Assembly: GCF_006345805.1 (NCBI RefSeq)
Contig: NC_043022.1
Location: forward strand, 11,284,001-11,348,000
Length of the DNA: 64,000 nt
Reading direction: 5' to 3'
Source of the DNA: Octopus sinensis
Lineage: Eukaryota
Shown: piece by piece, positions 34,847 to 46,700 of the stretch
How the letters are laid out: the number at the start of each line of letters is the position of its first letter
Position numbering within the stretch: position 1 is the stretch's first letter
Notes under the pieces: generated by a model
Seen by the model: the letters and a program-made list of their open reading frames with translations, nothing else
The model's database searches: none
What the model was told of the DNA's origin: nothing
Position numbers and translations under genes: made by a program

Positions 34847-37585
34847 TCTCTATAGGTGTATAGTCTTGGTTATTTAAAGTTATTGCACTCGACATATTGT
34901 ATTTTCTGTTTAATATGTGAAGGTGCCTAGCTTATTGGTTAGTCTAACAATCATTAGATTATGTGCTCAGTTCTGAACTGTGCACTATATTGTCTTCTTG
35001 AGCAAGGCACTTCATATTGTTTCAGTTTACTCTGTTGAAAATGAGTACCAGAAGAAGCTGTGAGTTAACCCTAACGTGACCTAGCATACTGTTTAGGAGG
35101 ATTCTTGAACTCTCTGTTGCTTTCATACCTCAGAAATCAGGACAGTTTCTGGCCTCTCAAGCCTGTACACTCTGACAAAATTTAAAAAAATTTAAACTAT
35201 TTGATATAGAAATGAGCTGTAGTTGTTTCTCCCATCTTAGTTATGCTTTATAGTTGATCCCTGATTAGGTAAGTCTTTCTTTAATTCTTTAGAAATTAAA
35301 TCACCCATAATTATTTTTTTCCCTTCTTTTACGTATTTAAACATTATACAGTAATACAACCAATGCAGGAGTTGCTATATGGTTGCTCAACCTGCTAGAA
35401 ATAGTAGTTAATTCCCTTCAAATTATAAATAAGTGTTAGCAAGACACATCAGATAAGGTAGTCCTACATGCATAATGATTGAGGACAAAATTATTGCAGT
35501 TGGAATGGTATTACCTGCAGATCTGCTAAAGAAAAGCTGGTCGTATGTGTGTAAATAACGATATTAACATTTTAAAAATGTTCTAGCATGGGTGGGAAAC
35601 AAATTTTTTAAAATTAAATTCATAAAACAAAGTGTTGGTATCATATAGAATCATTATCATCATCACCACTACCAACATCACCACATACCATCATCATAAT
35701 CTTCATCATTATAATCACCTTATTTTTTTGAGCATTCATGATCTAAAACTATATTTTAAGCTGTCTGATATCTCTTATGATTTAAAATGCTCTATTCTTA
35801 AATATATATGTATTCCTCTTGACTGAATACTTACTCAGGACCATGATCATCGCTACATGCATCATGAACGCTGCCAAATGTATCACCTACATGCTGGCAT
35901 GCCCTGGCAGAAATAGTAACCAAATCTCTCTCCAGCTTTAGTCTACCATCTTAAAAATTGGAATAACAAACTGAATAATGTAGTCTTAATATGACACTGA
36001 AAACAAAAATGTCATGATGGCCACAGCTGGAATGCCTTTGATTCCAGTGTTACTCAATCAGAGTAGACATCAACAGCACCATCCACGTCTCCATCTTTTT
36101 GTCATTTCTGTCAACAACTGTCATTATGTTTATCATCATTACTACAAACACACCATCACCACCACCACCCCATCATCATCATTATTTTCTGTTATGATGC
36201 TGAGACATTTCATCTTTGAGAAAGTTTAAATGTGTATGTGTATTTATATGTACATGCATTTATATGGATACAAACATGCACACTCACGTGTGTGTGCATG
36301 TGTGTGCGTGTCTGTGTGTGTGTGTGTGTATGTTTCATGTGACACAAATCAAGGGTGATTCCAGAATACAAACACTAAATATTGCCTGTGACATTTACTC
36401 TAATGCTTGAACATGATTACTGACCTTTGCTCCTCTTCCACCTCAGTTGGCACCTACCATTTTCTCCTCGCCCACTTTTTGTAATTTTATGTGTGATCCT
36501 ACAAAGCCCCTTTTTTTTACTTCTAACTGGTAAACTTTGAAGAACATTTCACACTTAACCACCTTACCTTTTATTTGCTATCAGCTTATGTAATCACCTT
36601 AAGGAGTTAAAAGATGTGTGTGTGTGTGTATACTCACACAAGTATGTGTACACATTTATGTGTCTCTATACACAGTTACATGTGTGGGCGTGTGTATGTA
36701 TGTATATTTTTGTGTTTGCGTGTATATATATGTGTGTGTGTATATATATAAAACTGAGAATGTTAATCACATTTGTGTATGTTGTTTGTTCAGTAATATG
36801 TAATGTTTGGATTGGTTTAACTTTTCTACTTATCTTTTAACTGTTATTCCCTGCTGCCTGCTCAATTATTTTCTTTTAGCTGTAAGTACTTAAAGCGTCT
36901 GTGAAGTAATTGCTTTGACAAAGTTTACCATTTATTTTTATCTGTCGAAAAGCAAGGGAACAGTCAATGCTTTGTTCACAGATTTCATCTTAGATAATAT
37001 GCCATCATATCTAGACAAAGAAAGTTTGTCTTTCAGTAATTTAATGCTGTGGAAAGCAAGACCTAATCCTCATTAACAGCTGTAAAAAATGTGGAGAAAT
37101 TATTTAAGCATTTTCTTTGTTCTGTAAAATATTCTAATGCTCTATTCTAACAAGAGTACAATATTGTACATTTATTTAGTGATTCTCTCACTACTACTTC
37201 AGCAGCAAATATGGTGAAATCTGTACATTGATGAGAAAGTTGGATAATACCGAAACATATTCAAAGTTATCTCCCATACTTGTAAATAGTTAAAATGATA
37301 TTAAGTCTATAACTAAATGTTGAGGTTTTTACACTGACTTCAGTATTATTGTTCAAGTGGGTGGCATCTTCAAGTGATATATTTTCTGTAAAACACATGA
37401 GTGCCTCAGATACATTGACACAAATAGATACATTATAAATAGGTGTCAAGGTTTGAAGCCTTATTGTCAGTCACTTTGAGTATGATTGAGTAAATTTTTT
37501 TCTATTCAGTTTCCCCAGTGTGTGTATGTGTGGTCATACATATCACACATGTATATGTGTGTATATACATGTCTGTGTGTATACT

Positions 37586-37616
<31 letters not shown>

Positions 37617-37727
37617 GTGTATATATATATACATGTGTATATATATATATACATGTGTATATATATATATATACATGTGTATATATATATATATATATAC
37701 ATGTGTATATATATATATATACATGTG

Positions 37728-37761
<34 letters not shown>

Positions 37762-37909
37762 ATACACATGTGTATATATATATATATATATATATACACA
37801 TGTGTATATATATATATATACACATGTGTATATATATATATATATATATACACATGTGTATATATATATATATATATACACATGTGTATATATATATATA
37901 TATATATAC

Positions 37910-37948
<39 letters not shown>

Positions 37949-37955
37949 CATGTAT
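37586..37955. repeat. Compound (TA)n-CATGTG/CACATGTG-(TA)n array
   Basis: About a dozen CATGTG cores separated by variable (TA)n; almost entirely alternating purine-pyrimidine. Confidence 0.9.
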
Positions 37956-38159
37956 ATATGTGTGGGTGTATATGTATGTATGCTTGTATGTATAAGTTTC
38001 AAATATAATTTTCAGTATCAAATTTTGTATATACTTATATATGTTAATGCTGAAACTTTGAATATTTCCCTTGAGTCCATGATAAGTTGTTTAATAATTG
38101 GAAGTGTGTAAGTAATAACAGTTTAAAATATCAGTTTCAAATAGTGTGTGTGAGCATAC

Positions 38160-38232
<73 letters not shown>

Positions 38233-39459
38233 TTGTGTGTGTATGTGCATATGTATACTACCATGGTGCTATCAAGAGAGATCAGATATGGAGATATGAG
38301 TGAATGACCCTGATACACTTACCTCATTCTCAGTAAAAATATATGAAAATTAGCATTATTTGTAGCATAGCTTCTTAAAACCATATGCTGTTTTTGTTTT
38401 CTCTTACTAATTACTTAATTGCACTTAACTGTTGCACATTTGGAATGTGTGTGTTTGTGTATGAGTGGTCAGTTTATTTTCATATTTTATTTATTGAAAT
38501 ATCAAGTATTACAAGAGAGTAAGTGTGTGTGTTGTGTGTCCAGGAGAGAGTGAGAGAGTGTAAATAAAAATTTATTTAAAGTAAATGAAATTAAATTTTT
38601 CCCTACTAAAAATGCAGCTGTTTAATTTATTTAAACTGCCTTTTTCACTTAATTGCTGTGATGTTAGAAATGTGGAATTGTCTTTTTTTATGCTCCATCT
38701 AACCTGCTCTCTTTGGTAGTTTTCTAATTTCTGTATTTCTTTTGATTTAACTATTTTTGAATCTATGTGGATGTAACTTGCTCTTTCTTTGATGTGTATT
38801 CTTTTCTTTCTTTCTCTCTTCACTTTGATCTTTCTATTTCTAACATAGAAGTGAGTTTTTCTGGTCTTGTTTTCGTTTTCCAAGTGACGCAAGAATACTG
38901 ACCTTAGAAATTAGAGGATTATTTTGATTGAAGTTTATTTTGTTTTTCATTTAAAATTCTAAATTGGCAAAACTGATTTTTAAAAAAATTTTAAGCTAAA
39001 ATTGATTTACACAGAAAAATATGAATTATTGAAATTTTAAGAATATCAAAACTTTGAAGAGAATTAAAAAAAAAAAATGAAATTGAGATTTGAATAAATA
39101 TATGTATATACATATATACATTTCTTGATATATTTATTTGAATTTCTCAATTTGTTAGAATTTAATCTTCAAAATTTTTCCCAAGTCTTTAGGTAAGGAA
39201 AACCAGTTTTAGTAATATGAAATTTCGAATATATAAAGCAAAAAACATTTGATAAAAACTTGAATTAAAATTTCCATTTCTGATACATATATCTCTGTTC
39301 TCCACTCAACACTTTGGTTGTGCATGTCAAAACATCTAGTTAGCATGCCATCATCTCTTTGCATGGTGTTTTTTCAGTAGTTGCTCAACTGACTAACGTG
39401 GTAATTCTAACTAAAAGAAAGCAAAAGAGATCAAAGAACTTGACTTTGTTTACTTCCAG

Positions 39460-39966
39460 ATATATCTTGTCCACAGAAAGTTGGCCGTCAACCTGCTGAA
39501 CTGTCATGGACTGGGCCAAATCTTGCTCACCTCATGGTGAATAACATGTTCCCTTGTGACGGATATGTCATCAGATGGGTTTATTATGTTGCTGCTCCCA
39601 CCAAAGAGTTCGCTGCTTCCATATGGCGTCCAGTTGATGAGTTTAAATTCTATCTCTTAAACAAACAACTGATGCCAGCTACAAAAGCTGGATTCAACGA
39701 ATTCACCTTACCAACTCCAGTGCGTGTTGAAAAGGGAGACTTCATTGGCCTTCACTATCCAAGAGATGCTAAACAGGGAGCAATTGGTGGGTCAACGAGT
39801 GGTCGTAGTGACACACCTGCTGCTGAGTTATACGAAGCCTATTCTGGAGAACTGTTTGAAGAACTTATGACATCTCACGCTGAATTTGACATGAAATGGC
39901 TTGGTTTCCAGAAAGGCCAAAAAACATTTGCTATTCAAGCTATCATGGATTATACTGGCATTGATG
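39460..39966 (+). CDS. HSPG2: Perlecan-like exon: 169-codon unassigned, probably beta-rich domain between SEA and the LDLa repeats
   Basis: TTTACTTCCAG acceptor; GTACAG donor at 39967; 507 nt, phase 1 to 1, open and in frame with both neighbours. (D)ISCPQKVGRQPAELSWTGPNLAHLMVNNMFPCDGYVIRWVYYVAAPTKEFAASIWRPVDEFKFYLLNKQ...FNEFTLPTPVRVEKGDFIGLHYP...FAIQAIMDYTGID. Confidence 0.78.
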
Positions 39967-40126
39967 GTACAGTTTCTTTACTTAGATTACCTTCTAAATT
40001 GTTATCACTGTTGTTTCATTTCACATTACCCTCCGATGATCATGATTTTACTCTCTTTCTTTCACTTCAGAACTTCAGAATAGTTTCATTTTTTCTCACT
40101 TTTGTCTATTTCTCTCTCTGTATGTT

Positions 40127-40171
<45 letters not shown>

Positions 40172-40785
40172 CACACACACATTAGAGGCACAATCACAGC
40201 TGTGTAGCTGCAAAGTTTATTTTGCAATGATGTGGTTTTTAGGTTCAATCCATAATGCAACTCCTTGGACAAGTACCTTTTACTATAAGCTTAGGTTGGT
40301 TTACATTTATAGTGGCCTGGTATAAAAGCGCTTATTGTTGGTGTTGTGTTCTTTTTATGTCTCATAACTTAGTACTTCGACATATATACATCAATCAAAT
40401 AAGTTCCACACTGAAATAAGTACTGGGCTGCTACCAGCTTGATGGCAATCCAATGACTAAATCCAGTAAAAGAATGACCCATAGTTGGATGAGATAGTAA
40501 TTGTATTGAAACAAGAGAAGCGACCTTTCTTTCCATATTTCTCAATTATCAACCAACCAGGGCCCTGTGTAATGTATTCGATGTGTTATAGTATTTGAGT
40601 TTGACTACTTCATAAGATTGTGTCTGACCAGGCTGATAACATGATAGTATTTGCCTTCTCTCCTTGAGTGCTTTTTTCTACAAGAATCCTGCTCTGTATG
40701 CACATACTCTCCTCACCCAATAAATTGGATGAAGGATGGTAAGAGTTTAGGCACTAACTGGCTCACCATGAGGCAGGTTGTACTA

Positions 40786-41015
40786 GGCGGCGAGCTGGCA
40801 GAAACGTTAGCACGCCAGGCGAAATGCGTAGCCATATTTCGTCTGCCGTTAAGTTCTGAGTTCAAATTCCGCCTAGGTTGACTTTGCCTTTCATCCTTTC
40901 GGGGTCGATTAAATAAGTACCAGTAACACACTGGGGTCGATATAATCGACTTAATCCGTGTGTCTTTCCTTGTTCATCCCCTCTGTGTTTAGCCCCTTCT
41001 GGGTAGTAAAGAAAT
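40786..41015 (+). mobile_element. tRNA-derived SINE, full length, with TSD
   Basis: GGCGGCGAGCTGGCAGAAACGTTAGC...AAAGAAAT; direct repeat AGGTTGTACTA at 40775-40785 and 41016-41026. Confidence 0.88.
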
Positions 41016-41646
41016 AGGTTGTACTAGGGTACATGGTATCATTAGCAGTTTAGCCTGACCTGATATATATTCACTCAAGAAACTGCTTTATGGTTGCTCA
41101 GCTTGTTGGAAATAACCTGCAAATTCTCCCCTAATCATCCTGCCATCTTGGGAAAGGAAAAAAGATACATTTGATAATGTAAACTTGTGTACACCAGAGG
41201 TGAGGTTAACGGTGTTTTAGCGTCGGATGGAATAGAAAAACAGACTTACTTCTTTTTGTTTGTCATATACTTCAGTCAATTGATCTCCAGTACTTTGGTA
41301 TTATCTTCACTCTCATAGGTTATAAAAATACTTAGGAGGAGATAACATAGTCTCAGACATTAATAATACAAGGTATTTCTGCTCAAATGTACCTATTTTC
41401 ACTCTGCACTGATATAAACATTATATATGTCCAATCCATGCCAGCAAGGAGAACGGATGTTAGATGATGATGATGATGATGATATATACATATATATGTA
41501 TAGAGTGTTTGAAATGGTGTACAGATCTTGTATATTGAGGAAAAGAAGGCACTCAGAATTTTGGATAATCCTTTATCCAAACTTCTGACTGCCTTCTTTC
41601 TCTGTCTGTCTGCCTGTCTGTCTGTCTGTCTCTCTCTCTCTATATA

Positions 41647-41686
<40 letters not shown>

Positions 41687-42197
41687 TATAGTTTTTCTTA
41701 TTGAAACTGAAACTAAGCTTGACTTGTGACTTGAATTTCATGCCACTTTCATGTTCAGGCGAAAGCAGTGGTGAGAAACTAGAGTCACAAGAAAAACTCA
41801 GTTTCAATAAAAAAAAAAAAGCTTCCGCAACATGCATTGAACACATCTCTTTCATTCATCCAACAAAAACTTGTGTGTTTGTGTGTGTATTCATTATCAT
41901 CATCATTTAACATCTGTGTTTTCGATGCTGGCATGGGTTGGACAGTTTGACAGGCACTGGCAAGTCACAGTGCTGCATTGGGTTCCAGTGTTGGCTTTGG
42001 CATGGTTCTTATAGTTAGATTCCTTTCTTAATGCCAACTATTTTTTTTTGTGACACTAGCCCTTGTGAGGCCACTAAGTAACTTGCAAAACAAAGAAAAG
42101 AAAGAAGAAAAAAGAACCACTTGACTAAGTGGGAGTGTATTTGAGAGAGCGGTAGGTTGCTTTATGTTGGGTATTAATGGCTAAAATATGGTAGAGG

Positions 42198-42384
42198 TGT
42201 TTGTAAGCCATTTAAGAAACACACAAAAGCCGTTTGATTCACTTCAACATTTAAGTTTAATTTGTCAAAATATTTTCGTCGCTTTAAGACCGCGACCTGT
42301 TCACTGACGAAAATCCGTGCTGCATCTCTTCGTTTCAGCACACGATCTCAGATCAAATCACTTGCTATGCAAGTACATCTCCGT
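42198..42384 (-). mobile_element. 187-bp retroposed insertion (Penelope-like terminal repeat or retrozyme-like monomer) with 13-bp TSD
   Basis: AATATGGTAGAGG occurs at 42185-42197 and 42385-42397. The insert is CpG-rich compared with its flanks and contains the hammerhead fold below. Confidence 0.65.
42261..42312 (-). ncRNA. Candidate minimal type I hammerhead ribozyme with G3-C8 core variant
   Basis: Minus strand: TTTC-GTCA (stem I) GTGAACA (core) G GTCGC-GGTCTTAAA-GCGAC (stem II) GAA AATATT (palindromic stem III) T^ TGAC-AAA (stem I). All helices pair. Activity is untested. Confidence 0.6.
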
Positions 42385-43035
42385 AATATGGTAGAGGAAT
42401 AAGCATAAATGTTTTGCTATTGCTATAGAGGTGACACATGGCTACCTGCGTTATATGTGGGTGGTTGAGAGTAGCTGGAAAGAAGATAAAGATGGTGGTG
42501 ACAGGGTGCCAGAGTGTACTCCCAGGGTACAAGAAGGTAAGCTCTAAGGAAGCATACAGACAGTGGATCATGTGGTGAGGAGGAAAAGGTGGGTAATTTC
42601 ATAAGAGTATGAGAGGTGAGTTGCAGGTAGCTAGAGATGGGATTAGAGGTGAATGTAGTGAGTGATGAACAAGGTTGGTGGTGTGGTTGATGGTAAATAT
42701 CAGTGAGAAGGTGGTGGGAAAATGAGGGAGATGGAAGTGGCTCAGAAAGGGGAAGGTGACAAGCAGTGTTACAGGAGAAGTGCAGAGCAGAAGTATTGTA
42801 ATATGAAGATAGACCAGAAAGTTGGGAGATGATGTGCAGCATGTTAGAGAGTGGGAGAGAGATGTACAGTGACAGAAATAGTGGTCAAAGGTACATAAGA
42901 GTGACTATAGTGAGTGGAGCAGATCATTTATGAGAGGATGTCCAGAATGAAAGCAGATGTAAGAGGTGTTGAAGATGAGGTGTAGCAGACCTTAGATGTA
43001 GTTCTGAAGGAAGGGAGTCATATATATATATATAT

Positions 43036-43790
43036 AAAAATCAAAAAATCAAATCAAATCAAATCAAATCAAAATAGATGAACATCAATGGAATTTGTAT
43101 CTTTGTGGTACCAGTGCCGGTGGCACACAAGAAAACCATCCGAACGTGGCGGTAGCCAGTATCGCATCGACTGGCCTCCGTGCTGTGGGCATGTAACAAA
43201 CACCATCCGATCGTGGCCGTTCGCCAGCCTCATCTGGCACCTGTGTCGGTGGCACATAAAAACACCATCCGAAGACCCGGCAAGACTAGTCAGGCCATAA
43301 CCCGTGGCCCCTACCTGGGACGTAGTCAGTCTACCTGTGCATACCTTCCTTCTTGTGACACTTGTGAAGACCTGTTGAGGCAAGTGAAAATCAAATCAAA
43401 ACAAATCAAAATAGATGAACATCGATGGAATTTGTATCTTTGTGGTACCAGTGCCGGTGGCACACAAGAAAACCATCCGAACGTGGCCGGGTGGCACACA
43501 AGAAAACCATCCGAACGTGGCTGTAGCCAGTACCGCATCGGCTGGCCTCCGTGCTGTGGGCACGTAACAAACACCATCCGATCGTGGCCGTCTGCCAGCC
43601 TTGTCTGGCACCTGTGTCGGTGGCACATAAAATCACCTACTACACTCTCGGAGTGGTTGGCGTTAGGAAGGGCATCCAGCTGTAGAAACACTGCCAAATC
43701 TGACTGGCCTGGTGCAGCCTTCGGGCTCCCCAGACCCCAGTTGAACCGTCCAACCCATGCTAGCATGGAAAGCGGACGTTAAATGATGAT
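43036..43790 (+). mobile_element. Composite of two RTE 3'UTR-type segments (partial copy plus complete 3' end)
   Basis: AAATAGATGAACATC(A/G)ATGGAATTTGTATCTTTGTGGTACCAGTGCCGGTGGCAC occurs at about 43072 and 43409. The second copy runs to GAGTGGTTGGCGTTAGGAAGGGCATCCAGC...GGACGTTAAATGATGAT. Confidence 0.8.
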
Positions 43791-46700
43791 ATATATATAT
43801 ATATGTATGTATGTATTCAATTTCTGTTTTCAATTCTTGCATAGATTAGATAAAAATATTTAATCAATATTGAATTGGGACTTTCAGTCAGATCTATTTT
43901 CTCTTGCTGACCCCTTACTTATTTTTTAGGTAAGGAATTTTTATTCCAGACGAATACAAGAGTGGACAATTTTGTTGTCTGGAAATATCAACACACTTCA
44001 CCGGTTGCAGTGTAGCCATGAGTGGTGACATCACTGTCCCTATCCATATGTGTGTGTGTGTGTGTGTTTGCATGCACACACACGAGATTTCTTTCAATTT
44101 CTGTGTTCCTAATCCCCTCCCTTACAAGGTATTGAATCAGCCTGGGGCTATAGTAGAAGATACTTTGTGAAACTGCCATGCAGTGGTATAATATGAAGAA
44201 CCATGTGGTTCTAAAGTTAGTTTCATGACCACACAGTTATATGAATATTTGCTACAAATATCATAGATTAAGAGAGGACCTAAATCAAAAACAGAATGCT
44301 TAAAATAATTATGGATCAAAGTAACTATTAACAGCCAACAATAATTACTTTTAAATGTTAATGCTAGTAGATAATTAAATTGTGGCTAAGTGTCACTATG
44401 CTATATTCTCTGTTGACTGAGCTCTTGGCTAAATGCAAGCTGAGTCTAAGATTCAATTTTGATTCATGGGTGTATTTCACATCAGCTGTGTTACTTTGTT
44501 TTATGAGAAATGCACTGACAACTCACAATCTAATTATCGTTTTGTGTAAATGTGAATTGTTGTGTTTAATTAAGGAATCAATTAATTATAACAACACATT
44601 GATGAGTTTACCAAACATGTATGAAATTTTGTACATTGTTTGAGTTTCGACTCTTATTATATGTGGCTGTAGCATAGTGGTTAATAAATCAATGTCTTAA
44701 ACAGGAGGAAATGGGTTCAATTCTCACCAGTCATGAAATAAATGCTTTTGGGAGAAAATCAGGGTTGTAACAGTTTTTAGGTGTACCCCAGTATGGCCTC
44801 AGTTCAGTGACTGAAATCAGTGAATGAATGAAATATTCTAATTAAGAATTATATGGGTTTCAGAAATGTGCAGATACTGACCCAACTTTTAGGTGAATGG
44901 TTGAATACATAAATAAGTCATGTTTGTTTGAAGTAGTAACTTTTGTTTCTACCTGTGAGTTTGTCTTTCAGTGTAGAGCTTCATTGTTGCATATGATAAG
45001 ATCTGTAATTTTTGCTGTTGGAAAAAGTTTGCTTTGTGACCACATAACTGTGGTTTTGGTTGAACTGTGTGATACTTTAGCCAAATACCTTCTACCAAAT
45101 GTCTTCTGTCATAACTTGAAACTGACCAGTATCTTCTGAGCAAATTTTTGTTGACAGAAACTCTATGGAAACCTATAATGTGTGTGTATTGGCACGGGTG
45201 GTTGCATGCACCAGTCTCTTTGAACAGTGTAAATTGCTCATTTTCATTGTAAGGGTAGATAACTTCATATGAAAAGACGTAAATCAAGATTAACTTGGAC
45301 ACAGAGTGCAGCAGGTTAATTTCCATGGCTAAAAAGCAAAAGAAAAACAAAACGACTTGGCAGTGGCACCTTAGTATGATCGCAATACAATGTATGAATA
45401 ATTAAAGAACATGACATGAGAGTAAGAATAATTAAAGAATAATTAAAGAACATGACATGAGAGTAAGATAATTTCACTGATTCTGAAATAAAGTGTGAGA
45501 TTACTGACCACATGGCTATAATTTCATGTCCTACAATTAGCAGTTGTAATTGCCACAAATCAAGGTACCTAACTCTGCTTTAATTTGCTTCACTGAACAA
45601 AGAATGGGTTCCATTCCTACTTTGCAGGTGATTGTTAATAATTGAAAGGATTGTCAACTGTAAAAACAAATTAATTCAAGAAATAAACTATTCCACTCAT
45701 GGAAGCATGAAGAAATATATATAAAACATGGTTTACGAAGTTCTTTTGATCTAGTGCATTGTTCATATTGCTGAAAATTATGAATGAATCTTTTTAGTAC
45801 CACTTGTACTTTGGGAGTGGATAAGAGTGTAAACCCCCTCTGTCATAGTTGTAGGGAGCAGTTACCCAAAGTATTAATATTGGAAAATATAATTATGTAA
45901 CAATGTCACAATTCCTATAATTCCTGAAGTATTTGCTTGGCATAGTCAACAAAAGATCTATGCATTGTCTGAGTGACTGTTTATGACATAGAACATATCT
46001 AGTTACTATAGTATGCTTTTATCAATCTAGAACTGGGTGTTGAGAATTATCTGGGTCCCAGATAATTTCAGTCGGTTCTTACAGACTAGTTAGCTGAAGT
46101 ATGTGGAACTATATATCCCACTAAGTGACTCTATGAAAGCCTTACAACTTATGGGAACTCTTGGAATATAGCTCCAAAGAAAGACACCCAAATGAATGGC
46201 ATGAAGTCACCAATATATTCTAATATCTGGCCCACAAATGTATTGATACCTTACTATACCTTTTTAATTCATACTACAATGGCCTCTGCTTCTCTCATCA
46301 GGCAACTCAGCCAACATGTCTGTCTTATTGCTCATATAATGTCTACTGTCATCTACTCTAGGACCTGCACTAACCACTGTGTGCAGTCTTTCCCCTCCAG
46401 AATCTCTGCTATCTAGAATTCAACCCTGTCCTACTTTTTCTACTGTCATCAACTTTTAGCTGATCAAGAGAAATATTAAATAGATCAATCTCACTACAAA
46501 TGCCAGGCCATATCTAAACCAGTCCAACAAAAATATTTTTAAAAAAAGTGAAGTACATTTCTCAACAACTGATGCTATTCCAAAAAAAACTTGGTTTATT
46601 GAAGTATGTGGAATTAAATGTCTCATTGAAACAATAAAACATTTGCAATGGATATGAACTAACAACCCCTAAGGCGACAGTTCAATATGTTATCCAAAAG

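Noticed and set aside
36860-36890. Strong acceptor followed 2 nt later by GTAAGT (possible micro-exon)
   Set aside because: A 2-nt exon would break the phase-1 frame between exons 31281 and 39460.
37486-38318. Long Tyr/Ile-rich ORFs on both strands (similar ones at 12018-12300, 31294-31499, 57683-58007)
   Set aside because: These are translations of stop-free (TA)n/(CA)n/(ATCT)n microsatellites.
42423-43010. Purine-rich stretch with minus-strand ORFs next to the hammerhead insert
   Set aside because: Probably an old retroelement remnant, but no RT or endonuclease motif could be read; the TSD shows the 187-bp insert is a separate event.
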